From the NCBI GenBank assembly GCA_040768745.1, contig JAXGMI010000001.1:992001-1056000 (forward strand): a stretch of DNA of 64,000 nucleotides. Reading direction: 5' to 3'. This DNA is from Desulfomicrobium sp. (lineage in GTDB: Bacteria > Desulfobacterota > Desulfovibrionia > Desulfovibrionales > Desulfomicrobiaceae). This document shows, in pieces, positions 29,134 to 39,432 of this stretch. The notes under the pieces are model-generated. The model was not told the DNA's origin, ran no database searches, and was given only the letters and a program-made list of their open reading frames with translations. The stretch's first letter is position 1, and every line of letters starts with the position of its first letter. Position numbers and translations under genes: made by a program.

Positions 29134-30297
29134 GTGAACATCCTGACCATCCCGCTGCGGACCATGCGCAAGAAGTGGGTCAAGACCCTGCTTCTGCTCC
29201 TGGTCTTCACCCTGAGCGTGGTCTCCATCGTCTCCCTCAACTACGTGTCCAGGGTGGTGGGCGAGTCGCTGGAGAAAAAGCTGACCGCCTACGGGGCCAA
29301 TATCCTGGTCATGCCCAGAAGCGAGAAGCTGACCGTCAGCTACGGCGGCTTCTCCATGGGCGACATGCTCATGGGCGTCACGGACCTGCGCGAGAGCGAG
29401 GTGGAGGAAAAGATACAGTCCATCGGCTACCGCGACCGCATCAGCGTCGTGGCGCCCAAACTGGTGGCCATGACCAGGGTCGGCGGCGCGGCCGTGGGCG
29501 TGGTCGGGGTGCGCTTCGAGCGGGAGAAGGTGCTCAAGGGCTATTGGGCCGTGGACGGCGCCTTTCCGGTCGCGGAGAACGAGATCCTGGCCGGGGCCAA
29601 GGCGGCCGAGAAGCTCGGGCTCTGGGCGGGCGGGACCGTCGACCTGGGCGGCCGGATCGCCCTGGTCTCGGGCGTGCTTCAGCCCACGGGCAGCGACGAC
29701 GACTCGGTCCTCTTCGTGGGCATGGACTTCGCCCAGGCGGCCTTCGGCCAGGCCGACCACGTCAGCTTCGTGGAGGTCTCGGCCCTGTGCGCGGGTTGCC
29801 CCATCGACGAGATCGTGGCCCAGATCGCGGAGAAACTCCCCGATGTCGAGATCCAGGCCCTGCAGTCCATCGTCAAGCAGCGCATGTATTCGGTCCATTT
29901 CGTGGAGCATCTCATTCTGACCGTGAGCCTGGTCATCCTCTTCATCGCCTGCTGCATGGTCGGGGCGACCATGCTCTCCTCGGTCAACGAGCGGATCAAG
30001 GAGATCGGCCTGTTGCGCTCCCTGGGTTTCTCGCGGGGCGGGATTTTCGGGATCTTCTGTTTCGAGGCCGTGCTCATCGGCATGGCCGCCGGGGTCATCG
30101 GCTATTTCGGCGGGTACGCCTTGAGCCTCAAGGTCCTGGCCCTGCTCGACATGGCCGGGGAGGCCGAGCTGGCCCTGCACCCCGTCCATCTGGCCCTGAC
30201 CTGCCTGCTGATCGTTGGCGTCTCGGTCCTGGCCGCCTTTTTCCCGTCCTGGAAGGCCGCCTCCATCGAGCCGTCCACGGCGCTCATTTCCCTGTGA
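29134..30297 (+). CDS. MacB/FtsX-type ABC permease with CxxC in the periplasmic domain
   Basis: YGANI, LCAGCP, SVNER.KEIG.LR.LG; four-TM topology. Confidence 0.9.
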   Translation: MNILTIPLRTMRKKWVKTLLLLLVFTLSVVSIVSLNYVSRVVGESLEKKLTAYGANILVMPRSEKLTVSYGGFSMGDMLMGVTDLRESEVEEKIQSIGYRDRISVVAPKLVAMTRVGGAAVGVVGVRFEREKVLKGYWAVDGAFPVAENEILAGAKAAEKLGLWAGGTVDLGGRIALVSGVLQPTGSDDDSVLFVGMDFAQAAFGQADHVSFVEVSALCAGCPIDEIVAQIAEKLPDVEIQALQSIVKQRMYSVHFVEHLILTVSLVILFIACCMVGATMLSSVNERIKEIGLLRSLGFSRGGIFGIFCFEAVLIGMAAGVIGYFGGYALSLKVLALLDMAGEAELALHPVHLALTCLLIVGVSVLAAFFPSWKAASIEPSTALISL

Positions 30298-30303
30298 GGA
30301 ACC

Positions 30304-30969
<666 letters not shown>

Positions 30970-30987
30970 GTTTTCGTACCGACGAGC

Positions 30988-31028
30988 AAAAAGGGCCGCG
31001 CATCTTCGGGAGCGCGGCCCTTCGTTTT
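30988..31028. terminator. Bidirectional terminator between convergent genes
   Basis: AAAAAGGGCCGCGC...GCGCGGCCCTTCGTTTT. Confidence 0.75.
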
Positions 31029-31624
31029 CACCAGGCGCCCTGTTTCCAGACTTCGGCCAGGGTCTTGCGCGGGGAGGGGCTTTCCCAATCGATATAGGGT
31101 TTGTCCAGGTTTTCCGTCGCGTCCAGGATGCCGATGGTGAAACCGGCCACGACCTCGAATTCTTCCCGGTCGATGCCGAAAGCGTCGTAGATGGCCTCCT
31201 TTCTGATGCCCGACATGCCGTGGGTGTAGAGGCCGAGCTTGCGGGCCTGCAGGGTCAGGGACATCCAGGCCGAGCCGCAGTCGTACACGGCCGTGGGGTT
31301 GGGCTTGCCGTTGTGGGCGAAGTTCCGTTTGGCGACCATGAAGCCGATGAGGGAGGCGTTCACGGCCCATTTCTGGTTGGCGTCGACCAGAAGCCCCAGG
31401 AAGGTCTCGAAGGTCTCGGGGGTGGAGGTCAGGATGCGCCAGGGCTGCTCGTTGTAGGCCGAGGGGGCCCAGCGGGCCGCGTCAAAGATGATGGCCAGGT
31501 CCTCGGCCGGAATGGGGGTCTTGACGAAGGAGCGCGGGGACCAGCGGCTCGGGAATTCGTCGGCCACGCCGGCCAGGGGGTCGCGTTTACTGAAATCAGG
31601 AGCATATGGGGATATGTACTTCAT
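31028..31624 (-). CDS. Nitroreductase family protein
   Basis: RWSPRSF, AARWAPSAYNEQPW, YD.G.AW..L.LQA, H.M.G; GGAGG RBS. Confidence 0.92.
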   Translation of the reverse strand: MKYISPYAPDFSKRDPLAGVADEFPSRWSPRSFVKTPIPAEDLAIIFDAARWAPSAYNEQPWRILTSTPETFETFLGLLVDANQKWAVNASLIGFMVAKRNFAHNGKPNPTAVYDCGSAWMSLTLQARKLGLYTHGMSGIRKEAIYDAFGIDREEFEVVAGFTIGILDATENLDKPYIDWESPSPRKTLAEVWKQGAW

Positions 31625-31672
31625 GAAACCTCCAAGGGGGTAAGGGTGCGGTGTATGTTGATACAATCTAAA

Positions 31673-31700
31673 AAATTAACCCCGTTGTCAGGAGTGTCAA
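31673..31700 (-). promoter_or_regulatory. Possible sigma70 promoter for the nitroreductase gene
   Basis: Minus strand reads TTGACA-N16-TAATTT; palindrome TGTAT-gttg-ATACA lies just downstream (31652-31665). Confidence 0.4.
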
Positions 31701-31707
31701 CGCAGTT

Positions 31708-32385
31708 TTAGATGCTGTGTGACAGGATTTTTTTCAGTTGTGAGCGGAACTGACCAGCCCCGCCGTTGGCCGGGTGCCGCAGGGCCGGGGCGGCGATGCC
31801 CATGGCCGCCAGCAGTGCCGCCGATTTCTGCCCCACGGCCAGGACTTCGGCCTGCGGGAAAAGGGATTTCAGGGCCAGGAGCGCGGGCCTGCCCAGCAGG
31901 ACCTCGTCTTCCGATGGCGTGCGGTTGCTCAGAAGCCCCTTGTTCGGCTTGTAGGGGTGCCAGGGGAAGGCGTTCCACAGGATGACGCTGCGCGGGTCGA
32001 TGCCCAGTTCGTGCATGGCGCCCCAGACGATGGTGGCCGTTGGCTCGGTGAAGCCGTCCGGGCGGACGTCCTCGCGGCTGGTGCGCCGCGGCGTGTCCGC
32101 GAAGACCATCTCCGGCCCCAGACCTTTGTGGCGCAGGTGGCCCAGCAGCAGACGCTCGGAGGTCATGGCGATGCCCGAGAAGTGGCCGCCCTGGTAGCCC
32201 AGGGCCTCGGCCAGGAGAATGAGGGTGGCTTTTTGGCGTTCGCCGAGATAGGCCCGGAGCTGATCCCGCCGGATGGCCGGCCCGTCCGGCCCGGCGTCGT
32301 GCAGGGGGTCGCGGTGGCGCCAGGGGTTGAAGACGGCCCCGGCCGGGGCGTTGTCGAGGAGTCTCAGGAAGGTGCGCATGGGCAC
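31708..32385 (-). CDS. Uracil-DNA glycosylase superfamily protein
   Basis: FNPW, AEALGYQG..FSG..MTSE, EPTATIVW, WNAFP.HP, NRTP, RHPANGG. Confidence 0.8.
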   Translation of the reverse strand: MPMRTFLRLLDNAPAGAVFNPWRHRDPLHDAGPDGPAIRRDQLRAYLGERQKATLILLAEALGYQGGHFSGIAMTSERLLLGHLRHKGLGPEMVFADTPRRTSREDVRPDGFTEPTATIVWGAMHELGIDPRSVILWNAFPWHPYKPNKGLLSNRTPSEDEVLLGRPALLALKSLFPQAEVLAVGQKSAALLAAMGIAAPALRHPANGGAGQFRSQLKKILSHSI

Positions 32386-32497
32386 GCGCTACACGCTGGC
32401 CGGACTTGGCGCAAGGGTTCGGGCGGGGCTTGACGGCGCGCGTCGCGGGCTTACTCCCAGTGTCTGGATTTTCTGCGCAATTTCATGAGGTGAGCGG

Positions 32498-33436
32498 ATG
32501 AACCCAATCGATTCGCATTTGAAGATCGGTCTGGCCCTGGGCAGTGGTTCCTCCAGAGGCTGGGCGCACATCGGGGTCATCAGGGCCCTGGCCGAGCGGG
32601 GCATCGAGCCCGCCATCGTCTGCGGCACCTCCATCGGCGCCATGGTCGCGGCCGCCCACGTGGCGGGCAACCTGGACCGCCTGGAGGGCTGGATCCGTTC
32701 CCTGACCCGGCTCGAGACCGCGAGCTTTTTCGAGATCAACACCTCTTTTTCGGGCTTCGTCAACACCGCGCGGCTGCGCAGGTTCCTGCATGAGCACGTC
32801 GTCCCCGAGGAGGCCCGGATCGAGGATTTCACTAGGCAGTTCGGGGCGGTGGCCACGGACCTGGAGTCGGGCCGCGAGGTCTGGTTCACCAGAGGACCCA
32901 TGCAGGAGGCCGTCTGGGCGTCCATCTCCCTGCCTGGCCTCTTTCCGGCCATCCGGCACGAAAAGCGCTGGCTGGTTGACGGCGGCCTGGTCAATCCCGT
33001 GCCGGTCACGGTCTGCCGGGCCCTGGGGGCCGACGTGGTCATCGCCGTGAACCTGAACGGGGACATCGTGGGCAAGCATTTCGTCAAGATCGAGAAGCAG
33101 GGCGAAAAAAAGAACGGGGTGACCGAGGCCTTCTCGAACCTGGTCCGGGAGTACGCTGGGTCGCTCTTTTCCTTCGACGCCGAGGAAGACGAGCCGCCCG
33201 GTCTCTTCGACGCCATCGCCGGGTCCGTGAACATTGCCCAGGAGCGCATCACACGCAGCCGCCTGGCCGGCGATCCCCCGGATATTCTGCTTTCGCCCAA
33301 ACTTTCGCATATCGGCCTGCTGGAGTTCTTCCGGGCCGGCGAGGCCATCGAGGAGGGGCGCAGATGCGTGCAGCGCATGCTGCCCGAGATCGAACACGTT
33401 CTGGGGCATCACAGACCCGAATCTGAATTTGCCTAA
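32498..33436 (+). CDS. rssA: Patatin-like phospholipase (RssA-like)
   Basis: GSGSSRGWAHIG, GTSIG nucleophile, DGG.VNPVP, RSRLAGDPPD. Confidence 0.88.
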   Translation: MNPIDSHLKIGLALGSGSSRGWAHIGVIRALAERGIEPAIVCGTSIGAMVAAAHVAGNLDRLEGWIRSLTRLETASFFEINTSFSGFVNTARLRRFLHEHVVPEEARIEDFTRQFGAVATDLESGREVWFTRGPMQEAVWASISLPGLFPAIRHEKRWLVDGGLVNPVPVTVCRALGADVVIAVNLNGDIVGKHFVKIEKQGEKKNGVTEAFSNLVREYAGSLFSFDAEEDEPPGLFDAIAGSVNIAQERITRSRLAGDPPDILLSPKLSHIGLLEFFRAGEAIEEGRRCVQRMLPEIEHVLGHHRPESEFA

Positions 33437-33458
33437 ACCGCCATCCCGAGGAGCACTT

Positions 33459-36299
33459 ATGCCCATATTGCGCTTCTTCCTTTTTTTCCTCTTTGTCGCC
33501 ACCCAGGCCCTGGCCGCGCAGGTCCGCGTCTCCGACACGGATTACCGCGCCTACCGGACCCTGACCCTGGACACGGGGCTTACAGTCCTGCTGGTGCACG
33601 ACGAGCGCGCCTCCAAGGCCGCGGCGGCCCTGGCCCTGCCAGTGGGCAGCATCGACGACCCCGACTCCCAGCCGGGCCTGGCCCATTATCTGGAGCACAT
33701 GCTCTTCCTGGGCTCCGAGTCCTACCCCGGCCCTGAGGAGTACCAGTCATTCATCACCGCCAACGGCGGACAGACCAACGCGGCCACGGGTTACACGTCC
33801 ACCACGTACATGATGGAGGTCGACCCGCCGGCTTTTGCTGAGGCCCTACGGCGTATGGCCGATACCCTGGCCCGGCCCCTCCTGGATCCGGTCTATGCCG
33901 AGAAGGAGCGCAATGCTGTCAACGCCGAGATGGAGTCCAAAAAGCACAGTGACGGACGCCGGCTGGCCATGCTGACCCTCTCGACCCTCAACCCGGCCCA
34001 CCCGGCCTCGCGCTTCACGGGCGGCAACTTGGAGACCCTGTCGGACAAACCGGGCAGCCCCCTGCACGACGAACTGGTCCGCTTCCACCAGGCCTGGTAC
34101 TCGGCCAACCTGATGAGGGGGGTGCTCTACGGACCCCAGGGCCTGGACGAGTTGGAACGCCTGGCCCGGACCGAGCTGTCCGTCATCCCCGACCGGGGGT
34201 CACAGGTCCGCGGGCCAGTGGTCCCGCCGGTCACGGACGGTGAGCGGGGGCTGATTTTCGGCGTACGCCCGGTGCGTGAGACCCGCAGCATGACCATGGA
34301 GTTCGTTCTTCCCAAGCGGTTCGACGACCCGGCCACCAAGCCGATGCAGGTCGTGGCCGCAGTGCTCGGCACGGAGACCGGGCATTCCCTGGTCGAGACC
34401 CTGCGCGGCAGGGGCTGGGTGCTGGGACTGTCTGCTGGCGGCGACACCTCGAGCCTGCGCAACGGGGTGACCCTGTCCCTCTTCCTGCAGTTGACGGAGG
34501 AGGGCGACCGGCATCGGGACGAGGTCACGGCCGCGGTCTTCGCCTATCTCGATCTGTTGCGGACGAAAGGCGTCGGGCAGGAGTATTTCGAGCAGCTCAA
34601 GGACATGCTGGCCATGGAATTCCGCTTCTCCCCCCTGGACAGCGGGTTCGACTTCGTGTCCCGGGCCGCCGGGCAGATGCTGCTCTACCCGGTCGAGGAC
34701 GTGCATTACGCCGACTACCGCCTGGACTCCTTTGACCGCGAGGCCGTCTCCGCTCTCCTGGCCGAACTGACCCCGGCCAATGCCCGAATCTTCCATGTGG
34801 GTCCGGACCAGCCCGCGGACAAAGAGTCCTTTTTCTACCAGACACCCTTCAGTGTGCGGCCCATCACCGAGGCTGACAAGGCCCGCTGGGTCGAGCTGGG
34901 GAGGGGCATGGAACTGGCCCTGCCGGACCTCAACCCGTTCGTTCCTGACGATTTCTCCCTGGTGACCGTTGGCGGGCAGGGTCTCCCACGAAAGGTCGCA
35001 GACGAGCGGGGCCTGGCAGTCTGGCACGCGCAGTCTGAACTGCGCCGGGAGCCCAGAGCCATTCTCATGACCCGGCTGCAATCCGCAAACATTGCCTCCA
35101 CCCTGGAGCAGAAAGCCATGCAGGGGGTGTTGCTCGAACTCTGGGATCAGAAGCAGGCAGGCCTGCGCTATCAGGCACAGGAGGCCGGGCTCGACCTGTC
35201 CGTCTCAGGGGATGAGGGCCTGGTCATCCGCATCGACGGGTTCAGCCAGCACCAGGCTGATCTATTGCCCCGGGTCTTGTCACTTCTGGACCAGCCTGTC
35301 TCCCATCTCGATTTCGAACAGGCCAAAGCCGAGCAGTTGCGGGCCCTGGCCAACAAAAAAAAACAAGGCGTCTTCGGACAAGCCATGAGTGTCATACAGA
35401 CCCTGGTCACTGTCCCGTCCTGGGACGATGAGGCCGTGGGAGAGACCACGCGTCACGCGACAATGGAAGGATTTCGGCAGTATCTGCACGCCATGCGCCG
35501 GGATCTGCGCGTGACCATGTTCGGGTTTGGCAATGTTGCGCCCAACGACATGCTGGCCATGGCGTTGTCGGTCAGACCCTATGTCGGTCCCGAGGCGGGT
35601 CAACAGCCCATTGCACGGCGCATTTTGCCCAGGCCTGGGGTGGTCGCGGATTACCAAAAGGACAGCGTGCTGGAGGACAGCGCTCTGGTCGAACTCTTTC
35701 TCGACCCCGAGCCCGGCCCACGGTCCAAGGCCCATGTGCTGCTTCTGGAAGGGCTTCTTTCGATCCGTTTCTACAGTCAGTTGCGTACAGTGGAACAACT
35801 GGGGTACGTGGCCACCACGCTTCCGGTCATGTTCGCGCATTGCGCGGGAATAGGCTTTGGGGTGCAGAGCCCCGTACAGGGCACGGCGGGCCTGGCCGAC
35901 CGCTTTGATTCTTTTTATTTCCGAGCCCTTACCCAGATGCGCGAGATCACTCCCCAGGAATTCGAGGGAGTGCGCCAAGGGGTTCTGGCCTCCCTGCAAA
36001 AGACCCCAGACACGCTGGACGAGGAGTTCGGTTGGCTGGAAACAGATCTGCGCCTGGGTAACGCCGCATTCGATGGGAGGAACAGGCTCGTTCAGGCCGT
36101 GGAAAAGGCCAGCCTTGCCGAGGTGGTGCGTAGGTATGAGACACTGGTTGCCGGTCCCGGGGGGACGCGGGTCCGCGTTCAGGTTCAGGGCACGCGTTTT
36201 GCGAGTTTTGGTTGGGCGAAAAAGTCGGGAGCCGTGCAGACCCCGGGTTCGGATGCATTCCACCGGTTGATGGGGGAGCAGAGGTACCGGGGGTTGTAG
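33459..36299 (+). CDS. ptrA: Exported M16 zinc metallopeptidase (pitrilysin/insulinase-like)
   Basis: Signal peptide; GLAHYLEHMLFLGS inverted Zn motif, NA.T, GNLETL, QLRT.EQLGY; GAGGAG RBS. Confidence 0.88.
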   Translation: MPILRFFLFFLFVATQALAAQVRVSDTDYRAYRTLTLDTGLTVLLVHDERASKAAAALALPVGSIDDPDSQPGLAHYLEHMLFLGSESYPGPEEYQSFITANGGQTNAATGYTSTTYMMEVDPPAFAEALRRMADTLARPLLDPVYAEKERNAVNAEMESKKHSDGRRLAMLTLSTLNPAHPASRFTGGNLETLSDKPGSPLHDELVRFHQAWYSANLMRGVLYGPQGLDELERLARTELSVIPDRGSQVRGPVVPPVTDGERGLIFGVRPVRETRSMTMEFVLPKRFDDPATKPMQVVAAVLGTETGHSLVETLRGRGWVLGLSAGGDTSSLRNGVTLSLFLQLTEEGDRHRDEVTAAVFAYLDLLRTKGVGQEYFEQLKDMLAMEFRFSPLDSGFDFVSRAAGQMLLYPVEDVHYADYRLDSFDREAVSALLAELTPANARIFHVGPDQPADKESFFYQTPFSVRPITEADKARWVELGRGMELALPDLNPFVPDDFSLVTVGGQGLPRKVADERGLAVWHAQSELRREPRAILMTRLQSANIASTLEQKAMQGVLLELWDQKQAGLRYQAQEAGLDLSVSGDEGLVIRIDGFSQHQADLLPRVLSLLDQPVSHLDFEQAKAEQLRALANKKKQGVFGQAMSVIQTLVTVPSWDDEAVGETTRHATMEGFRQYLHAMRRDLRVTMFGFGNVAPNDMLAMALSVRPYVGPEAGQQPIARRILPRPGVVADYQKDSVLEDSALVELFLDPEPGPRSKAHVLLLEGLLSIRFYSQLRTVEQLGYVATTLPVMFAHCAGIGFGVQSPVQGTAGLADRFDSFYFRALTQMREITPQEFEGVRQGVLASLQKTPDTLDEEFGWLETDLRLGNAAFDGRNRLVQAVEKASLAEVVRRYETLVAGPGGTRVRVQVQGTRFASFGWAKKSGAVQTPGSDAFHRLMGEQRYRGL

Positions 36300-36340
36300 A
36301 CCGGGAAGCGCATGATTATCCGTCGGCCGCGAGAAGGTTC

Positions 36341-36384
36341 AGCCACATCGCCCTTTCAGCCTGTGCTGAAAGGGCGATGTGGCT
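36341..36384. terminator. Perfect 20-bp stem hairpin between convergent ptrA and malic enzyme genes
   Basis: AGCCACATCGCCCTTTCAGC-ctgt-GCTGAAAGGGCGATGTGGCT. Confidence 0.75.
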
Positions 36385-36398
36385 TTGTCTGTCACAGT

Positions 36399-37721
36399 TT
36401 AGAAAATCTGGGGGTAGGACTGTACAAAGGCATCCAGGCGCTGACGGGACTTTTTGATCCTTTCGCGCAAGGACGCGCGGTAGGCGTCCATGTCGGCGAT
36501 GGGCTTCTTGGCCACGCCCGTGTCCATGGCGGCCTGGGCCACGGCGGCGGACTCGAATTCGAAGAGGCGCAGGTCCACCGGCGTGGGGATGATATAGTCG
36601 ATGCCGAATTCCAGCTTCTCCACGTCGTAGGCCTGCAGGACGTATTCCGGCACAGGCTGCTTGGCCAGGTCGGCCAGGGCCCGGGCGGCTGCCATCTTCA
36701 TCTCCTCGTTGATGTTCGTGGCCATGACGTCGAGGGCGCCGCGGAAGATGAAGGGGAAGCCCAGGACGTTGTTGATCTGGTTGGGGAAGTCTGAGCGGCC
36801 CGTGGCCATGATGGCATCGGGACGGGCTTCCTTGGCGTCGGTGTAGGAGATTTCCGGCACGGGGTTGGCACAGGCAAAGATGATGGGGTCCTTGGCCATT
36901 CCTTTGACCATGTCCTGGTTGACCACGCCACCCTTGGACAGACCCAGGAAGACGTCGGCTTCGACCATGGCTTCGGCCAGGGAGCCGAAGGCTTTTTGGG
37001 TGGCGAACTCGCGCTTCTGGTCGTTCAGGTCCGTGCGGCCCAGGTGCAGGTGGCCGCGGGAGTCAAACATGGCGATGTTTTCGGATCGCATGCCCAGGGC
37101 CACATAGAGGCGAGTGCAGGAGATGGCGGCGGAGCCGGCGCCGGACACGACCATGCGCAGGTCCTCGATTTTCTTGCCGGTGATCTCCAGGGCGTTGAGC
37201 AGGCCGGCGGCGGAGATGATGGCCGTGCCGTGCTGGTCGTCATGAAAGACCGGAATGTTCATCTCTTTTTTGAGCTTGTCCTCAATGTAGAAGCATTCTG
37301 GCGCTTTGATGTCTTCGAGATTGATGCCGCCGAAGGTCGGCTCCAGGGCCTTGACGATCTCGCAGAGCTTGTCCGGGTCGGTCACGTCCAGGTTGATGTC
37401 GTAGACGTCGATGTCGGCAAAGATTTTGAAAAGGAATCCTTTGCCTTCCATGACGGGCTTTCCGGCATAAGCACCGATGTTGCCCAGGCCCAGGACAGCC
37501 GTGCCGTTGGAGACCACGGCCACGAGATTGCCCCGACCCGTGTATTTGTAAGTCAGGTCCGGGTCCTTGGCGATGGCCAGGCAGGACTCGGCCACGCCCG
37601 GGCTGTAGGCCATGGTCAGGTGCTTCTGGGTGGCATAGGGTTTGACCGGCACGACCTCGATTTTGCCGGGACGGACTTCGGAATGATAATCCAGGGCTTC
37701 CTGGGGTGTGAAAAGAGCCAT
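36399..37721 (-). CDS. Malic enzyme (MaeB N-terminal type, no PTA domain)
   Basis: [49 protein letters not shown]. Confidence 0.95.
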   Translation of the reverse strand: MALFTPQEALDYHSEVRPGKIEVVPVKPYATQKHLTMAYSPGVAESCLAIAKDPDLTYKYTGRGNLVAVVSNGTAVLGLGNIGAYAGKPVMEGKGFLFKIFADIDVYDINLDVTDPDKLCEIVKALEPTFGGINLEDIKAPECFYIEDKLKKEMNIPVFHDDQHGTAIISAAGLLNALEITGKKIEDLRMVVSGAGSAAISCTRLYVALGMRSENIAMFDSRGHLHLGRTDLNDQKREFATQKAFGSLAEAMVEADVFLGLSKGGVVNQDMVKGMAKDPIIFACANPVPEISYTDAKEARPDAIMATGRSDFPNQINNVLGFPFIFRGALDVMATNINEEMKMAAARALADLAKQPVPEYVLQAYDVEKLEFGIDYIIPTPVDLRLFEFESAAVAQAAMDTGVAKKPIADMDAYRASLRERIKKSRQRLDAFVQSYPQIF

Positions 37722-37794
37722 GTTGTCCTCCAATACCGCTTTTGCGGCGGGTTATTTGCCAAGAAGAAGATGGATTCACCCTTTCGGGCACAAG

Positions 37795-37942
37795 CCCGCC
37801 TACTGAAGGGCACATGTGCGCGGGAAGGACAAGGTAGCAGGGCGCGAGGGTAAATGTTCTGACGTTCGGACGATCAGAGGGCCACAAAAGCCGTTGTTCT
37901 TCCTCGATGTCATCCCTGCGCATGTGCCCTTCAGTAGGCGGG
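37795..37942. repeat. 148-bp palindromic element with perfect 22-bp terminal inverted repeats (MITE-like or structured RNA)
   Basis: CCCGCCTACTGAAGGGCACATG (37795-37816) is the exact reverse complement of 37921-37942; the interior is partly self-complementary. Confidence 0.8.
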
Positions 37943-38033
37943 GATCTATGCTTTCGCTTTCCTTTCCCCTAACCGGGGCAAGGGGCTGAGCCCATTGCGG
38001 GGTGCGGGGGGCCGTCCCGCATCTCTCATCCTC

Positions 38034-38591
38034 CTATTCCAGCCCGGCCGCCTTCCGGTCCGGCTGCACGTACAGTTCGCCGCCGTGGCAGTCGTTGATG
38101 ACCAGCAGCGGAAAGTCAACCACGGTCAGCTCGCGGATGGCCTCGGGCCCCAGTTCGTCGAAGGCAATGACCCTTGCGGAGCTGATGCATTTGGACAGGA
38201 GGGCTCCGGCCCCGCCCGTTGCGCCGAAGTAGACGGCCTTGTGGTCCTTCAATGCCTGCTTGACGGCATCATTTCTTTTGCCCTTGCCCACCGAGGCCTT
38301 GCAGCCCAGGGAGTGCAGGCGCGGGGCGTAGGTGTCCATGCGGTAGCTGGTGGTCGGGCCGGCCGCGCCGATGGGGCGGCCGGGAGGCGCGGGGCTGGGG
38401 CCTACGTAGTAGATGACAGAGCCTTTCAGTTCGAAGGGCAGCGGCTCTGATTTGTCCAGCAGGTCGATGAGCCGCTTGTGGGCCGCGTCGCGGGCCGTGT
38501 AGATGGTGCCCGTCAGCCTGACCACGTCACCGGCTCTGAGCTGGTAGATGTCCTCGTCCGTCAGGGGAGTTTGCAGATTGTATTCGGCCAT
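38034..38591 (-). CDS. Class I fumarate hydratase beta subunit
   Basis: TARDAAHKR, YYVGP, GPTTSYRMD, GKG, GGAGAL, ELG.EA. Confidence 0.92.
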   Translation of the reverse strand: MAEYNLQTPLTDEDIYQLRAGDVVRLTGTIYTARDAAHKRLIDLLDKSEPLPFELKGSVIYYVGPSPAPPGRPIGAAGPTTSYRMDTYAPRLHSLGCKASVGKGKRNDAVKQALKDHKAVYFGATGGAGALLSKCISSARVIAFDELGPEAIRELTVVDFPLLVINDCHGGELYVQPDRKAAGLE

Positions 38592-39430
38592 CAGATCTCC
38601 ACCTCCTGATGCCTGGAGGAATGACACTGGATATTCACGGCCAGGGGGAGGCTCGCGATGTGACAGGGGCTCACGGCGATCTTGACGCCCAGGCACGTGG
38701 TCTTGCCGCCCAGGCCCATGGGTCCGATGCCAAGCCGGTTCAGGGCCTCCAGGAGTTCGTCCTCCATGGCCGCGAGCTTGGGATCGGGGTTCACATCGTC
38801 GAGTTTACGTAGCAGGGCCTTCTTGGCCAGGATGGGGGCGAAGTCGAAGGTGCCACCCACGCCGATACCCACCACGGTGGGCGGGCAGGGGTTGGGGCCG
38901 GCCTCGGCCACGCGTTCGATGACAAATTTCCTGATGCCGGCCCAGCCCTGAGCCGGAGAGAGCATGGTCACGCGGGACATGTTCTCGCTGCCTCCCCCCT
39001 TGGCCATGAAGGCTATTTTCAGCTTGTCGCCGGGTACAATGTCAAAGTGGATGATGGCCGGGGTGTTGTCCCCCGTGTTGGCGCGGGTGAAGGGGTCGCA
39101 GGCGGACTTGCGCAGGAAGCCCTCGGCGTAGCCCTTGCGCACACCTTTGTTGATGGCCTCGCGGATGTTCATGCCCTCGACACGCAGGTCCTCGCCCACG
39201 TCCACGAAGAAGATGGCCAGACCCGTATCCTGGCACAGGGGCAGTCCTGTCTCTTCGGCCAGCATGTAGTTCTCCGTCAACTGGCGGAAGACCTCCCTGG
39301 CCGCCGGGGATTCCTCGGTGGCTGCGCACTGAGTGAAGCGCTCCCGCACGTCCCTGGGCAGGTAGCGGTTGGAGTCGATGCACAGGTTGGCCACGGCATC
39401 GATGATCTGTGTGGCTTGGATCGTTCTCAT
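38591..39430 (-). CDS. Class I fumarate hydratase alpha subunit (Fe-S)
   Basis: PLCQDTG, KGGGSEN, NPCPP, GPMGLGG, CHIAS, QCHS.RH. Confidence 0.93.
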   Translation of the reverse strand: MRTIQATQIIDAVANLCIDSNRYLPRDVRERFTQCAATEESPAAREVFRQLTENYMLAEETGLPLCQDTGLAIFFVDVGEDLRVEGMNIREAINKGVRKGYAEGFLRKSACDPFTRANTGDNTPAIIHFDIVPGDKLKIAFMAKGGGSENMSRVTMLSPAQGWAGIRKFVIERVAEAGPNPCPPTVVGIGVGGTFDFAPILAKKALLRKLDDVNPDPKLAAMEDELLEALNRLGIGPMGLGGKTTCLGVKIAVSPCHIASLPLAVNIQCHSSRHQEVEI

Positions 39431-39432
39431 GG

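Noticed and set aside
35355..35363. Homopolymer runs (A9 in ptrA; G8 in the YkgJ gene and folD; T8 in metG) as phase-variation or frameshift sites
   Set aside because: All reading frames are intact and full length, and the runs are short enough to occur by chance.
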